In this document: piece after piece, positions 9,194-17,808 of the stretch
Numbering within the stretch: the stretch's first letter is position 1
Layout of the letters: each line of letters opens with the position of its first letter
Origin: a virus
Reading direction: 5' to 3' (one strand)
Virus genome (UHGV): UHGV-2008032
Length of the DNA: 40,884 bases
The notes under the pieces: generated by a model
Database searches by the model: none
What the model saw: the letters and a program-made list of their open reading frames with translations, nothing else
Told to the model about the DNA's origin: nothing
Made by a program: the position numbers and the translations under genes

Positions 9194-9408
9194 AGAAGAT
9201 TTCCAATAATCAGAACAAGTCGGCTCCTGTTTAGTTACGAGCGACATTGCTCCGTGTATTCACTCGTTGGAATGAATACACAGTGCTGTGTTTATTCTGT
9301 TATTTATGCCAAAAATAAAGGCCACTATCAGGCAGCTTTGTTGTTCTATTAACCAAGTTCTCTGGCAATCATTGCCGTCGTTCGTATTGCCCACACCATT
9401 GATTCTTA

Positions 9409-9495
9409 TCAATAGTCGTAGTCATACGGATAGTCCTGGTATTGTTCCATCACATCCTGCGGATGCTCTTCGAACTCTTCAAATTCTTCTTCCAT
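9409..9495 (-). CDS. Very acidic micro-protein (28 aa, MEEEFEEFEEHPQDVMEQYQDYPYDYDY)
   Basis: Hand-translated; GAGGTG 4 nt upstream of ATG. Confidence 0.3.
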   Translation of the reverse strand: MEEEFEEFEEHPQDVMEQYQDYPYDYDY

Positions 9496-9557
9496 ATCTC
9501 ACCTCAAATAAGTGGTTTGCTGCCAAAACAATGAACCATCCGGAAATTCCAGATAGT

Positions 9558-9785
9558 TCATAATTCACTCTTCAATACTTCCAACTTACTAATCGCCGAT
9601 AGATATCCGCGCTGATAGGGCATCATCATTCCTTCGAGCTTGCCACTTCTTAACTCCTCCCTGAGCAATTGTATTGCTTGATCAATAACCTCTGCCTTAG
9701 CGTCCTTTATGGCTTGCTTGCGGGGCTTTGCTTTCTGCTTTGGCAGATTTCTCAAGCATGATGGAATGTATGTCTGATTCATCAC
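9558..9785 (-). CDS. Hypothetical early protein downstream of N-like gene
   Basis: 75-aa ORF abutting the stop of 9786..10058. Confidence 0.4.
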   Translation of the reverse strand: MMNQTYIPSCLRNLPKQKAKPRKQAIKDAKAEVIDQAIQLLREELRSGKLEGMMMPYQRGYLSAISKLEVLKSEL

Positions 9786-10058
9786 TTACCTGGCTGTCAG
9801 TTGTTTTGATTTCCGGTAGCCTGCCGAGTAAATGGCTACGTTTGGCAGGCAAATACTTCCACTGCATTCTTCTGCCTTCTTGCAGCGAAGGCTTCCTAGT
9901 GATGCTGCTTTATCTGCTCTGACGCAACCAGAGAGCTTTAGCGCAATTTTTCGTGACAATCGCTGTTCTTGCATTGCCTGTTCACGTTGAGCCTGTCTGC
10001 GTGCTCTGCGGCGATTTCTGGCGTTATCGTCAGCCAGATATGTAATGACTACTGTCAT
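9786..10058 (-). CDS. N-like antitermination protein (arginine-rich motif)
   Basis: N-terminal NARNRRRARRQAQREQ arginine-rich motif; first gene downstream of PL and nutL, the position of lambda N. Confidence 0.5.
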   Translation of the reverse strand: MTVVITYLADDNARNRRRARRQAQREQAMQEQRLSRKIALKLSGCVRADKAASLGSLRCKKAEECSGSICLPNVAIYSAGYRKSKQLTAR

Positions 10059-10165
10059 GTTGACCTCCGATGATTGACTTTGGCGGTGACGCGCCGGGTG
10101 CTTATCTTCCGGTTGCCGTCGTGCAGCTGCACTTCACGTCACCCCAAAGCCAACTACTCTTTGGT

Positions 10166-10207
10166 TCCCGCATTTCGGCGGGACAATCCCATCAATGTTA
10201 AAGAGCC
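10166..10207 (-). promoter_or_regulatory. nutL (boxA GGCTCTTTAACA + boxB hairpin)
   Basis: Minus-strand boxA then 6-bp boxB stem TCCCGC/GCGGGA with loop CGAAAT, identical to the boxB at 11396..11415. Confidence 0.65.
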
Positions 10208-10252
10208 TGCCAATCTGTTCCGTTTGGCTACCAGCTTCCTGCTGATGGCTAG

Positions 10253-10281
10253 ATAATCACAAATTGTGGTCGTACTGTCAA
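10253..10281 (-). promoter_or_regulatory. PL candidate promoter (TTGACA-17-GATTAT)
   Basis: Minus-strand -35 at 10281..10276 and -10 at 10258..10253, overlapped by operator sites. Confidence 0.55.
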
Positions 10282-10316
10282 CACGAAATGTGATTGTTTT
10301 TATCACAACCCGTGTT
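10256..10316. promoter_or_regulatory. OL operator cluster (three 15-bp sites, consensus ATCACA-N3-YGTGKT)
   Basis: Sites at 10256..10270, 10281..10295 (reverse) and 10302..10316; same motif as the OR sites. Confidence 0.55.
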
Positions 10317-10357
10317 TACATTGATTTTAAAGGTAATTTAATTTTCTTTGGGCAACA

Positions 10358-10380
10358 AAAAACCCGCCGAAGCGGGTTTG
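10358..10380 (-). terminator. Terminator downstream of cI (U-rich on both strands)
   Basis: Stem AAACCCGC/GCGGGTTT with loop CGAA; U-run follows on the minus strand, 23 nt past the cI stop. Confidence 0.65.
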
Positions 10381-10402
10381 ATGTTTTTAAGTGGCGGGTA
10401 TA

Positions 10403-11044
10403 TCAGGAGAATTTCATCATCATCTGCACTGCTACGCCGATTATCTTGCAGTTGCCGTCGATTGGGATCAACGGATAGGCAGGGTTAAGCCCTTTCAGGT
10501 ATTTGTTACCGCCATCAATGATTAGCTTCTTGAACGTGGCTTCATTAGCATCTGTCAGCTTCGCAACTACCAGGCTTCCATTAACGGCTTCCTTTCCAGT
10601 GTCGAACAGAACCAGCATACCCTCAGGAACGCTAAGGCCGGTAGGAGCTGTCATTGAGTCGCCCTGAACCCTGAGCCAGAAGGCGTCACCGACAACGTGA
10701 CAATCTGATTCATACCACTCATCCACTGCCTGAGGGTTGTACGGCTCTACGGCCTCACTCCATGCACCTGCGCTAACCCAGCTAATCAACGGAAACTTTT
10801 CCCCTGGCTTGTATTGTCCCTGATAGTTGTCGCCAAAAAGCAGTTCTGCCGGAGCGACACCCAAAGCTTTAGCTATTACCTCTGCGTCATCAACACTAAC
10901 GCTTCTGGTTCCTGATTCATAGTTGCCGATCCGAGATTGTGAAGCCCAGCCGCAAAGCTCCGCAAGAGCCTTCTGTGTAAGCCCTTTATCTTCCCGTAAT
11001 CGCTTGATACGCGCGGCGATAGTTTCTGTTCTGTTCATGCGCAT
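10403..11044 (-). CDS. cI: CI-like repressor (HTH plus LexA-like S24 autopeptidase)
   Basis: N-terminal XRE-type HTH; C-terminal GDSM serine and downstream lysine; divergent from cro; -10-like TATAAA abuts the ATG, so the mRNA may be leaderless. Confidence 0.85.
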   Translation of the reverse strand: MRMNRTETIAARIKRLREDKGLTQKALAELCGWASQSRIGNYESGTRSVSVDDAEVIAKALGVAPAELLFGDNYQGQYKPGEKFPLISWVSAGAWSEAVEPYNPQAVDEWYESDCHVVGDAFWLRVQGDSMTAPTGLSVPEGMLVLFDTGKEAVNGSLVVAKLTDANEATFKKLIIDGGNKYLKGLNPAYPLIPIDGNCKIIGVAVQMMMKFS

Positions 11045-11049
11045 TTTAT

Positions 11050-11111
11050 ATCACATTCCGTGGTTTAAGGCTTTACACGATTTGTGTTGACTATCAATCA
11101 CAATGTGTGTT
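11050..11111. promoter_or_regulatory. OR operator cluster (three sites) with PR
   Basis: Sites at 11050..11064, 11075..11089 (reverse) and 11097..11111; PR -35 TTGACT 11087..11092, -10 about 11110..11116; cro ATG at 11149. Confidence 0.55.
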
Positions 11112-11148
11112 TAATAAAGACTGAGTGAACTAGCTCTTAAGGAAACCT

Positions 11149-11364
11149 ATGAACAACATTGCCAACGAACGGAAAAAGCTTGGCATCACTCAATCTGCGT
11201 TAGCAGGCGCGTGTGGCTGGAACCAGTCCCGCTTAGCTAACTACGAGTCAGGTATCCGGACTCCAGATTTAGAGTCGTGCCGTAGCCTGGTAAAGGCGCT
11301 GAATAAATTGGGGAGCAAGACAACGCTAGATGGCTTGTTCCCGCCGCGTAAGAACGCCGCATAA
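11149..11364 (+). CDS. cro: Cro-like HTH repressor
   Basis: 71 aa, XRE-type HTH; SD AAGGA; divergent from cI. Confidence 0.75.
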   Translation: MNNIANERKKLGITQSALAGACGWNQSRLANYESGIRTPDLESCRSLVKALNKLGSKTTLDGLFPPRKNAA

Positions 11365-11370
11365 GCAAAT

Positions 11371-11415
11371 TGCTCTTTAACAGTCATGGTCCTCATTCCC
11401 GCCGAAATGCGGGAA
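11371..11415 (+). promoter_or_regulatory. nutR (boxA TGCTCTTTAACA + boxB hairpin)
   Basis: boxA 11371..11382; boxB stem TTCCCGC/GCGGGAA with loop CGAAAT at 11396..11415; near-identical to nutL. Confidence 0.65.
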
Positions 11416-11472
11416 TACAACGCGCATAAGTTGATGCGCATAACTTCTTATTTGTTAAGGAAATACTTACAT

Positions 11473-11751
11473 ATGGAACTTACAAGTACTCGCAAGAAAG
11501 CGAATGCAATTACAAGCAACATCCTAAATCGAATTGCTGTACGTGGTCAGCGAAAGGTTGCCGACGCGTTAGGGATTAATGAATCGCAAATTTCGCGATG
11601 GAAAGACAGCTTCATCCCCAAAATGGGAATGCTTCTTGCTGTTCTTGAATGGGGTGTTGAAGACGAGGAGTTGGCGGAACTGGCTAAGAAAGTAGCCAGA
11701 ATGCTGACAAAAGAAAAAGCCCCGAAGAACGGCGAATTCTTCGAGGCCTGA
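11473..11751 (+). CDS. cII: CII-like transcriptional activator
   Basis: ...[26 protein letters not shown]... matches the lambda CII helix-turn-helix region as recalled; start could instead be ATG 11434. Confidence 0.65.
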   Translation: MELTSTRKKANAITSNILNRIAVRGQRKVADALGINESQISRWKDSFIPKMGMLLAVLEWGVEDEELAELAKKVARMLTKEKAPKNGEFFEA

Positions 11752-11785
11752 TGTAGAAAGACTGGATCAATCCACAGGAGTCATT

Positions 11786-11932
11786 ATGACAAAACAACTC
11801 AGTCCTTACCAGGACAAAATTCACAAACACATACTACGTGATCGCTTCCTGTCCAGCTTCAAGCAGCCTGGTCGATTCCGGGCTGAGTTGGAAAAAGTGA
11901 AGCTGATGCAGAAGGAGAAAGGTCATGAGTAA
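11786..11932 (+). CDS. Small hypothetical protein (48 aa) overlapping the O-like start
   Basis: Hand-translated; AGGAG 5 nt upstream of ATG; 8-nt overlap with the next gene. Confidence 0.3.
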   Translation: MTKQLSPYQDKIHKHILRDRFLSSFKQPGRFRAELEKVKLMQKEKGHE

Positions 11933-12824
11933 CATATCTAATCTAGCCGAAGCCAGAGAGGCCAGAAGGCTACAACAACCGCATCAAAGCAGCGGTAAGG
12001 GGTATGCCTTGCTGCACCGTAAAATTATGGATGTGCCGTTTTACAAGGACGCAGAAGCTGCGCATCTGTGGGTTCACTTAATCCTCAAAGCAAAGCATAC
12101 GCCTGAGTATGTAATGACTGACGCAGGAGAAATTCTGGTAGGCAGAGGGAAGCTACTTGGCGGTAGAAACTCTCTGGCGTTTGAAACAGGACTCAAACCA
12201 GATCGCGTTCAGTACCTGCTTAGAAAGTTCAAAAAACTCGGCATGATTGACTGGGTTTCACACGGTAAATTCTCAGTTTTCTCGGTAGAGAAATATGACG
12301 ATTATCAGTCAAATTTTGTACCAGCAGATTACCAGCAAATTACCACCTCAAAGCCAGCAATACCAATGCCTGCAAGCAATACTGTACCAGCAGATTACCA
12401 GCAAATTACCACAGATAAAGAATATAATAATATTATCTCTAATACTGACGTATTAGAGAGTACCGCAGCAGACAAAAAGTCTGACAAGAAAAAACCTTCC
12501 GTTAGCTGTCAGGATGTTGTCGATGCTTACCACGAAATCCTTCCTGAAGCGCCAAGAATCCGCGCACTGAATGACAAGCGTAAAAACCAGATCCGAACGT
12601 TCTGGCGCAAAGCCGGAGTGATAACCCGCCAGCTTGACGGGCATGGGTTCACGATGCAGGACTGGAGAAATTATTTGAGCTACGTAGGCGAAAATTGCCG
12701 ATGGATGTTCGAAGAGCGTCCAAACCATCAACGCGGAACTGTCTGGCACAAAAAGGGATTTGATTTCCTGCTTAACGATAATACCTACCTGAAAGTTCGT
12801 GAGGGTGAACACGATGACCGATAA
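11925..12824 (+). CDS. Replication initiator, lambda O-like, with internal origin iterons
   Basis: Position after cII and before the helicase; contains direct repeats and an AT-rich block as lambda ori does inside O. Confidence 0.6.
   Translation: MSNISNLAEAREARRLQQPHQSSGKGYALLHRKIMDVPFYKDAEAAHLWVHLILKAKHTPEYVMTDAGEILVGRGKLLGGRNSLAFETGLKPDRVQYLLRKFKKLGMIDWVSHGKFSVFSVEKYDDYQSNFVPADYQQITTSKPAIPMPASNTVPADYQQITTDKEYNNIISNTDVLESTAADKKSDKKKPSVSCQDVVDAYHEILPEAPRIRALNDKRKNQIRTFWRKAGVITRQLDGHGFTMQDWRNYLSYVGENCRWMFEERPNHQRGTVWHKKGFDFLLNDNTYLKVREGEHDDR
12317..12412 (+). repeat. Origin-like iterons: two perfect 30-bp direct repeats TGTACCAGCAGATTACCAGCAAATTACCAC
   Basis: Copies at 12317..12346 and 12383..12412, each with two ATTACCA sub-repeats; AT-rich stretch 12413..12460 follows. 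Confidence 0.6.
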
Positions 12825-14250
12825 TTTTTATGCGCCGCCCCATAGCATCGAGGCAGAGCAGGCGGTGATTGGTGGATTGCTTCTGGATGATGACAGCAGT
12901 GAGCGCGTCCAGAAAGTTCTGGCGATGCTGAAGCCTGATTCATTTTACAGCCGACCACACAAAATCATTTTCGAAGAAATAACCAGAATGCACCGTGAGC
13001 AAAAGCCAGTAGATGGCCTGACGCTTTTCGATGAACTGGAGCGTAAATCGTTAACTGTGTCTGTTGGCGGTTTTGCTTATATAGCTGAGATCGCAAAGAA
13101 CACGCCAAGCGCCGCAAACATCGTTGCCTATGCAATGCAGGTTCGCGAAACCGCAATGGAACGCTACGCCATCAACCGCATGACTGAAGCGACGGAATTG
13201 CTCTATTCCCGCAACGGAATGACTGCGACGCAGAAGTACGAAGCTATTCAGTCGATTTTCACGCAACTGACAGACCATGCAAAAACCGGATCGCGTCGCG
13301 GCCTTCGCTCATTTGGTGAGGTTATGGAAGACTGGGTTAGCGACCTTGAGAAGCGATTTGACCCGTCAGGCGAACAACGAGGAATGAGCACAGGGATCCC
13401 ATCGCTGGACAGGATGCTGTCACCGAAAGGTCTGGTGAAAGGCTCTCTGTTTGTCATTGGCGCTCGCCCTAAGATGGGGAAAACGACGCTATACAGCCAG
13501 ATGGCAATCAACTGCGCAGTGCATGAGAAAAAGCCCGCTCTGATGTTCAGCCTTGAAATGCCCGGTGACCAGATACTGGAAAAACTGGTAGGACAGAAGT
13601 CAGGTGTTAACCCGAATATTTTTTACCTTCCGGCGACAAATGACGCTGATGACGGCTATCAGGGTGATTACGATGGTGACTTCAACAGGGCGATCGAAAC
13701 AGCCAATCGCTTGAGTGAAATCGACCTGCTTTACATCGACGACACGCCGGGATTATCTCTGGCTCAAATAGTCAGCGAAAGTCGTCGAATCAAGCGAGAA
13801 AAAGGATGTGTTGGCATGATTCTGGTCGATTACCTGACACTAATGACTGCTGAGAAGGCCGATCGCAACGACCTTGCTTACGGCATGATCACCAAAGGAC
13901 TGAAGAACCTTGCCAAAGAGCTTGATTGCGTTGTTGTGCTTCTGACGCAGCTTAACCGCGCACTGGAAAGCAGAACCAATAAACGCCCATTACCAAGTGA
14001 CTCACGAGATACAGGGCAGATTGAACAGGATTGCGATTATTGGGTGGGGATCCATCGTGAAGGTGCTTTTGATGACAGTGTTCCACCTGGTGAAACCGAA
14101 CTAATCCTTCGTCTCAATCGTCATGGCAATACCGGCACGGTGTATTGCATTCAGGCAAATGGCTCTATTTATGACACAGACCAACAGTCCGCTGAAATGC
14201 GCCGCCGTGAACGCGAGGAACCGCAATCCAAGAAGAAAGGAGGATTCTGA
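12814..14250 (+). CDS. Replicative DNA helicase, DnaB family
   Basis: Walker A GARPKMGKTT; DnaB-like N-terminal domain; ATG 12814 overlaps the upstream stop. Confidence 0.85.
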   Translation: MTDNFYAPPHSIEAEQAVIGGLLLDDDSSERVQKVLAMLKPDSFYSRPHKIIFEEITRMHREQKPVDGLTLFDELERKSLTVSVGGFAYIAEIAKNTPSAANIVAYAMQVRETAMERYAINRMTEATELLYSRNGMTATQKYEAIQSIFTQLTDHAKTGSRRGLRSFGEVMEDWVSDLEKRFDPSGEQRGMSTGIPSLDRMLSPKGLVKGSLFVIGARPKMGKTTLYSQMAINCAVHEKKPALMFSLEMPGDQILEKLVGQKSGVNPNIFYLPATNDADDGYQGDYDGDFNRAIETANRLSEIDLLYIDDTPGLSLAQIVSESRRIKREKGCVGMILVDYLTLMTAEKADRNDLAYGMITKGLKNLAKELDCVVVLLTQLNRALESRTNKRPLPSDSRDTGQIEQDCDYWVGIHREGAFDDSVPPGETELILRLNRHGNTGTVYCIQANGSIYDTDQQSAEMRRREREEPQSKKKGGF

Positions 14251-14334
14251 TGACCATCTACATCACTGAGCTAATAACAGGGGCTATTTACACAGTAGCC
14301 CTTTTTTATTGGATTAAGAACGAGGGGGATCCTG

Positions 14335-14547
14335 ATGGACACCGTTAACGGAATGTGTTCAGACGCACCGCGTGCCAAAAAATGTAAATGCGGAAAATCA
14401 CCGACAATATTCGACATGGAGAACGGGTGCCAAATCTACTGCGCTAACCACGCTGCTGTGGCGGCCGCGAATTATCGCAGTGCGGTAACGGAGTGGAATA
14501 ACCTGAAATCTGTTAGAGAGGGAAGTCATGAAAAAACTAACCTTTGA
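14335..14547 (+). CDS. Small cysteine-rich hypothetical protein
   Basis: 70 aa; GAGGGG upstream of ATG; CKCG...CQIYC pattern. Confidence 0.4.
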   Translation: MDTVNGMCSDAPRAKKCKCGKSPTIFDMENGCQIYCANHAAVAAANYRSAVTEWNNLKSVREGSHEKTNL

Positions 14548-14968
14548 AATTCGATCTCCGGCGCATCAGCAAAACGCTATTCACGCAGTACAGCAAATCC
14601 TTCCAGATCCAACCAAGCCAATCGTAGTGATCATTCAGGAGCGCAACCGTAGCTTAGACCAAAACAGGAAGCTATGGGCCTGCTTAGGTGACGTCTCTCG
14701 TCAGGTTGAATGGCATGGTCGCTGGCTGGATGCAGAAAGCTGGAAGTGTGTGTTTACCGCAGCATTAAAGCAGCAGGACGTTGTTCCTAACCTTGCCGGG
14801 AATGGCTTTGTGGTAATAGGCCAGTCAACCAGCAGGATGCGTGTAAGCGAATTTGCGGAGCTATTAGAGCTTATACAGGCATTCGGTACAGAGCGTGGCG
14901 TTAAGTGGTCAGACGAAGCGCGACTGGCTCTCGAATGGAAAGCGCGATGGGGAGACAGGGCGGCATGA
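14528..14968 (+). CDS. ninB: NinB recombination protein
   Basis: Sequence closely matches lambda NinB as I recall it ([28 protein letters not shown]...). Confidence 0.8.
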   Translation: MKKLTFEIRSPAHQQNAIHAVQQILPDPTKPIVVIIQERNRSLDQNRKLWACLGDVSRQVEWHGRWLDAESWKCVFTAALKQQDVVPNLAGNGFVVIGQSTSRMRVSEFAELLELIQAFGTERGVKWSDEARLALEWKARWGDRAA

Positions 14969-15147
14969 GACGACAGCGACGAAGTATCACCGACATAATC
15001 TGCGAAAACTGCAAATACCTTCCAACGAAACGCTCCAGAAATAAACGCAAGCCAATCCCGAAAGAATCTGACGTAAAAACCTTCAACTACACGGCTCACC
15101 TGTGGGATATCCGGTGGCTTAGAGAACGTGCGAGGAAAACAAGGTGA
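14965..15147 (+). CDS. ninE: NinE-like protein
   Basis: 60 aa; ATG overlaps the ninB stop (ATGA); resembles lambda NinE. Confidence 0.55.
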   Translation: MRRQRRSITDIICENCKYLPTKRSRNKRKPIPKESDVKTFNYTAHLWDIRWLRERARKTR

Positions 15148-15314
15148 TTGACCAAAATCGAAGTTACGAACAAGGAAGTGTCGAGCGAGCTTTAACGTGC
15201 GCTAATTGCGGTCAAAAGCTGCATTTTCTGGAAGTTCACGTGTGCTCCGATTGCTGCGCAGAACTGATGAGCGATCCGAATAGCTCAATGTGCGAGGAAG
15301 AAGACGATGAATGA
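15144..15314 (+). CDS. ninF: NinF-like small zinc-binding protein
   Basis: Hand-translated 56 aa; GTG overlaps the ninE stop; ...[22 protein letters not shown]... resembles lambda NinF. Confidence 0.5.
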   Translation: MIDQNRSYEQGSVERALTCANCGQKLHFLEVHVCSDCCAELMSDPNSSMCEEEDDE

Positions 15315-16032
15315 GTTAATAAATGGCAATGCCATCAAAATGACAAGCATTGAAATCGCTGAGTTGGTAGAAAGCCGCCATAGCAATGTAAAAGTATCCA
15401 TAGATAGATTGGTGAAACGTGGCGTTATCAAGCCTCCTGCATTGCAGCACACTAACATAATCAATTATTTAGGTGTTATTACCGGGAAGCGTGATTTCTA
15501 CGTCTTCGAGGGCGAACAAGGTAAGCGAGACAGTATTGTCGTTGTTGCCCAGTTGTCGCCAGAGTTCACCGCTCGCCTTGTTGACCGCTGGCGAGAGCTT
15601 GAAGAAGCTGCGGTTAATATCCCCAAAACGCTACCAGAAGCGTTGCGCCTTGCTGCTGATCTTGCTGAGCAGAAAATGCAACTGGAAAACCAGCTCGCAA
15701 TTGCCGCACCTAAAGTTGAGTTTGCCGATCGCGTTGGCGAGGCCAGCGGAATTTTGATTGGAAACTTTGCAAAGGTTGTCGGTATTGGTCAAAACAAACT
15801 GTTTGCATGGATGCGCGATCACAAAATCCTTATTGCTTCAGGTTCCCGGCGAAATGTGCCAATGCAGGAATATATGGATCGCGGCTATTTCACAGTGAAA
15901 GAAACAGCGGTCAACACAAATCACGGAATACAGATATCGTTCACCACAAAAATCACCGGGCGTGGTCAACAGTGGCTGACCAGAAAGCTGCTCGATAACG
16001 GAATGCTGAAAGTAACAGGGGAGGCTGCTTAA
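15307..16032 (+). CDS. Rha-family regulatory protein with KilAC antirepressor C-terminal domain
   Basis: N-terminal Rha-like region; C-terminal ...FAKVVGIGQNKLFAWMRDHKIL... KilAC-like. Confidence 0.6.
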   Translation: MNELINGNAIKMTSIEIAELVESRHSNVKVSIDRLVKRGVIKPPALQHTNIINYLGVITGKRDFYVFEGEQGKRDSIVVVAQLSPEFTARLVDRWRELEEAAVNIPKTLPEALRLAADLAEQKMQLENQLAIAAPKVEFADRVGEASGILIGNFAKVVGIGQNKLFAWMRDHKILIASGSRRNVPMQEYMDRGYFTVKETAVNTNHGIQISFTTKITGRGQQWLTRKLLDNGMLKVTGEAA

Positions 16033-16322
16033 TGGCTAACCTACGCAAAGAAGCGCGCGGCAGAGAATGCCAGGTACGTATTTACGGCGTATGCAATGGC
16101 AACCCTGAAACTACAGTTCTGGCACATTACCGGATGGCTGGAATTTGCGGAACGGGAATGAAGCCTGACGACCTGATCGGCGCATGGGCTTGTAGTGACT
16201 GCCACGCGGAGATCGACCGACGCACCCATAATCTCGACAACAAAGACGCCAGACTTTACCACCTCGAAGGCGTAATCAGGACGCAGGCGATACTGCTGAA
16301 GGAGGGGAAGATTAAGTCATGA
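16032..16322 (+). CDS. DUF1364 protein (YbcO-like putative nuclease)
   Basis: ...ARGRECQVRIYGVCNGNPETTVLAHYR...CSDCHAEIDRRTH pattern resembles DLP12 YbcO as I recall it; precedes rusA. Confidence 0.55.
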   Translation: MANLRKEARGRECQVRIYGVCNGNPETTVLAHYRMAGICGTGMKPDDLIGAWACSDCHAEIDRRTHNLDNKDARLYHLEGVIRTQAILLKEGKIKS

Positions 16323-16681
16323 ACGAATATCAGTTTGTGCTTCCTTACCCGCCGTCGGTGAACACCTACTGGCGAAGACGGGGAAGCCAATACTACATCA
16401 GCGATAAAGGCCAGAAATACCGAAAAGACGTTCAGCAAATCATCCGCCAACTCAAGTTAGACATTTTCACCAAATCACGACTCCGCATCAAAGTCATCGC
16501 AGACGTTCCAGACTCCCGCCGCCGCGACCTCGACAACATCCTGAAAAGTTTACTCGACTCCCTTATCCACGCCGGATTTGCGGAAGACGACGAGCAATTC
16601 GATGACATTCGCGTAATTCGTGGTGTGAAAGTACCAGGTGGAAGACTTGGAATAAAAATCACCGAACTGGAGAACGCATGA
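16319..16681 (+). CDS. rusA: RusA Holliday-junction resolvase
   Basis: 120 aa; ...YPPSVNTYWRRRG...RRRDLDNILKSLLD... RusA-like. Confidence 0.8.
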   Translation: MNEYQFVLPYPPSVNTYWRRRGSQYYISDKGQKYRKDVQQIIRQLKLDIFTKSRLRIKVIADVPDSRRRDLDNILKSLLDSLIHAGFAEDDEQFDDIRVIRGVKVPGGRLGIKITELENA

Positions 16682-16863
16682 ACGCCACAATTCAAACGAT
16701 ACCAGAGCTTCTTATCCAGACACGAGGCAATCAGACCGAAGTGGCGAGGATGCTTTCCTGTGCAAGAGGAACAGTGCTCAAGTACAACCGAGACAGCAAA
16801 GGTGAGCGTCACGTAATAGTTAACGGCGTCCTGATGGTAACGCCAGGCAAAAAGGGAAGATGA
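16678..16863 (+). CDS. ninH: NinH-like small DNA-binding protein
   Basis: ...YGNQTEVARMLSCARGTVLKY... matches the lambda NinH pattern. Confidence 0.6.
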   Translation: MNATIQTIPELLIQTRGNQTEVARMLSCARGTVLKYNRDSKGERHVIVNGVLMVTPGKKGR

Positions 16864-17381
16864 TGAGCATAAGAGAACTAAACCTCACCAAAGAACAGCA
16901 CGATTGGCTGAATTGCTGGCTTGAACTGTGGGGCGCATGGGTTTATTCAGGTCGTCTGGAAAAGCGCATGAGCAGCGTAATAGCGAAGTTCATGGAGAGC
17001 GTAGAGCCGGGAAGAGTTATGACAAGGCCAATGTGCAATGATGATGATGGAATGTTGATTTCTCAGGTCGTCGATTCCGTCATGTACATTGACAAGAAAG
17101 CCTTTGGCATCCTCCTCAGCTACTACGCTCATGGTTCATCTAAGCGAGCAATTGCATCCTACTATCACGCGACTGCAAAGCCACGCAAGATGTGTGGACG
17201 TGGTGGCGAGGGATGGAGAAAACCTTCACTGGCAACCTGTAGAAACGAAATTGACGACATCCTGAAAGCGTCGTTATTTGTTTTGTACCAGCCAATGCAA
17301 AATGCTTTCAAAATGCGTAAACGTGTTGAGAAAGTTAAGCATGTTGCTGTTAAAAGCCTTGACATGCAATTATCCATTTAG
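16860..17381 (+). CDS. Late-gene antiterminator Q-like protein
   Basis: Last gene of the nin region; ...WGAW...RPMCNDDDGMLI... pattern resembles Q-family proteins; followed by a strong promoter. Confidence 0.6.
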   Translation: MMSIRELNLTKEQHDWLNCWLELWGAWVYSGRLEKRMSSVIAKFMESVEPGRVMTRPMCNDDDGMLISQVVDSVMYIDKKAFGILLSYYAHGSSKRAIASYYHATAKPRKMCGRGGEGWRKPSLATCRNEIDDILKASLFVLYQPMQNAFKMRKRVEKVKHVAVKSLDMQLSI

Positions 17382-17388
17382 CCATAAT
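17359..17388 (+). promoter_or_regulatory. Late promoter candidate (PR-prime-like): TTGACA-18-CATAAT
   Basis: -35 at 17359..17364 inside the Q 3' end; -10 at 17383..17388 just after the Q stop. Confidence 0.55.
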
Positions 17389-17398
17389 TAGAAGGTAA

Positions 17399-17440
17399 GC
17401 TGCCGTTAGTGACTCTTAAGTTGCAATGGTGGCTTTTTTT
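17399..17440 (+). terminator. Possible tR-prime-like terminator (weak hairpin plus T7 run)
   Basis: 9-bp stem with three G-U pairs and a 17-nt loop, then TTTTTTT at 17434..17440. Confidence 0.3.
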
Positions 17441-17598
17441 GTTTGCACAACAGGTAAGAGCATTGAACCCGCAGACCTCGCGGAATTGGTGAAAGGTGCC
17501 GCGCAGTGCTCTTATCGTTGTGGTGAACTCAATGGCGAGCTAGCAGATAGGCGACAGTGAAAATACTAGTCATGTAGCTGACCGCCGCGCGTACTGCA

Positions 17599-17647
17599 AT
17601 CGGCAGCGCACCGATGGAAGCCGGTTCGATTCCGGCCGCCACAACCC
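17599..17647 (+). other. tRNA-like remnant (anticodon-arm-like and T-arm-like hairpins, no acceptor or D arm)
   Basis: ATCGG/CAGCGCA/CCGAT hairpin then GCCGG/TTCGATT/CCGGC T-arm with canonical GGTTCGATTCC loop; no matching 5' half found. Confidence 0.25.
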
Positions 17648-17808
17648 AAACTGAGCCGTAGCCACTGGCTATCCTGAATTCATCAGTGATAGTTACGCTG
17701 CGGCCTTCTACACATGACCTTCGTGAAAGCGGGTGGTTCAATTCTGCTGTCTTCTTCACGTTAAAAGAGGAATTAGGCTTCGAAAATGCAAAAACTTGCA
17801 AAAATGAC

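Noticed and set aside
12317-12412. 30-bp direct repeats considered as insertion-sequence ends or a CRISPR fragment
   Set aside because: Only two copies, both in frame within the initiator gene and followed by an AT-rich block; best explained as origin iterons.
14701-15099. 132-aa minus-strand ORF across ninB and ninE
   Set aside because: Antisense to two genes with strong lambda similarity.
17599-17647. Possible intact tRNA downstream of Q
   Set aside because: T-arm and anticodon-like hairpins exist but no acceptor stem or D-arm can be formed and the anticodon loop lacks U33; kept only as a tRNA-like remnant.
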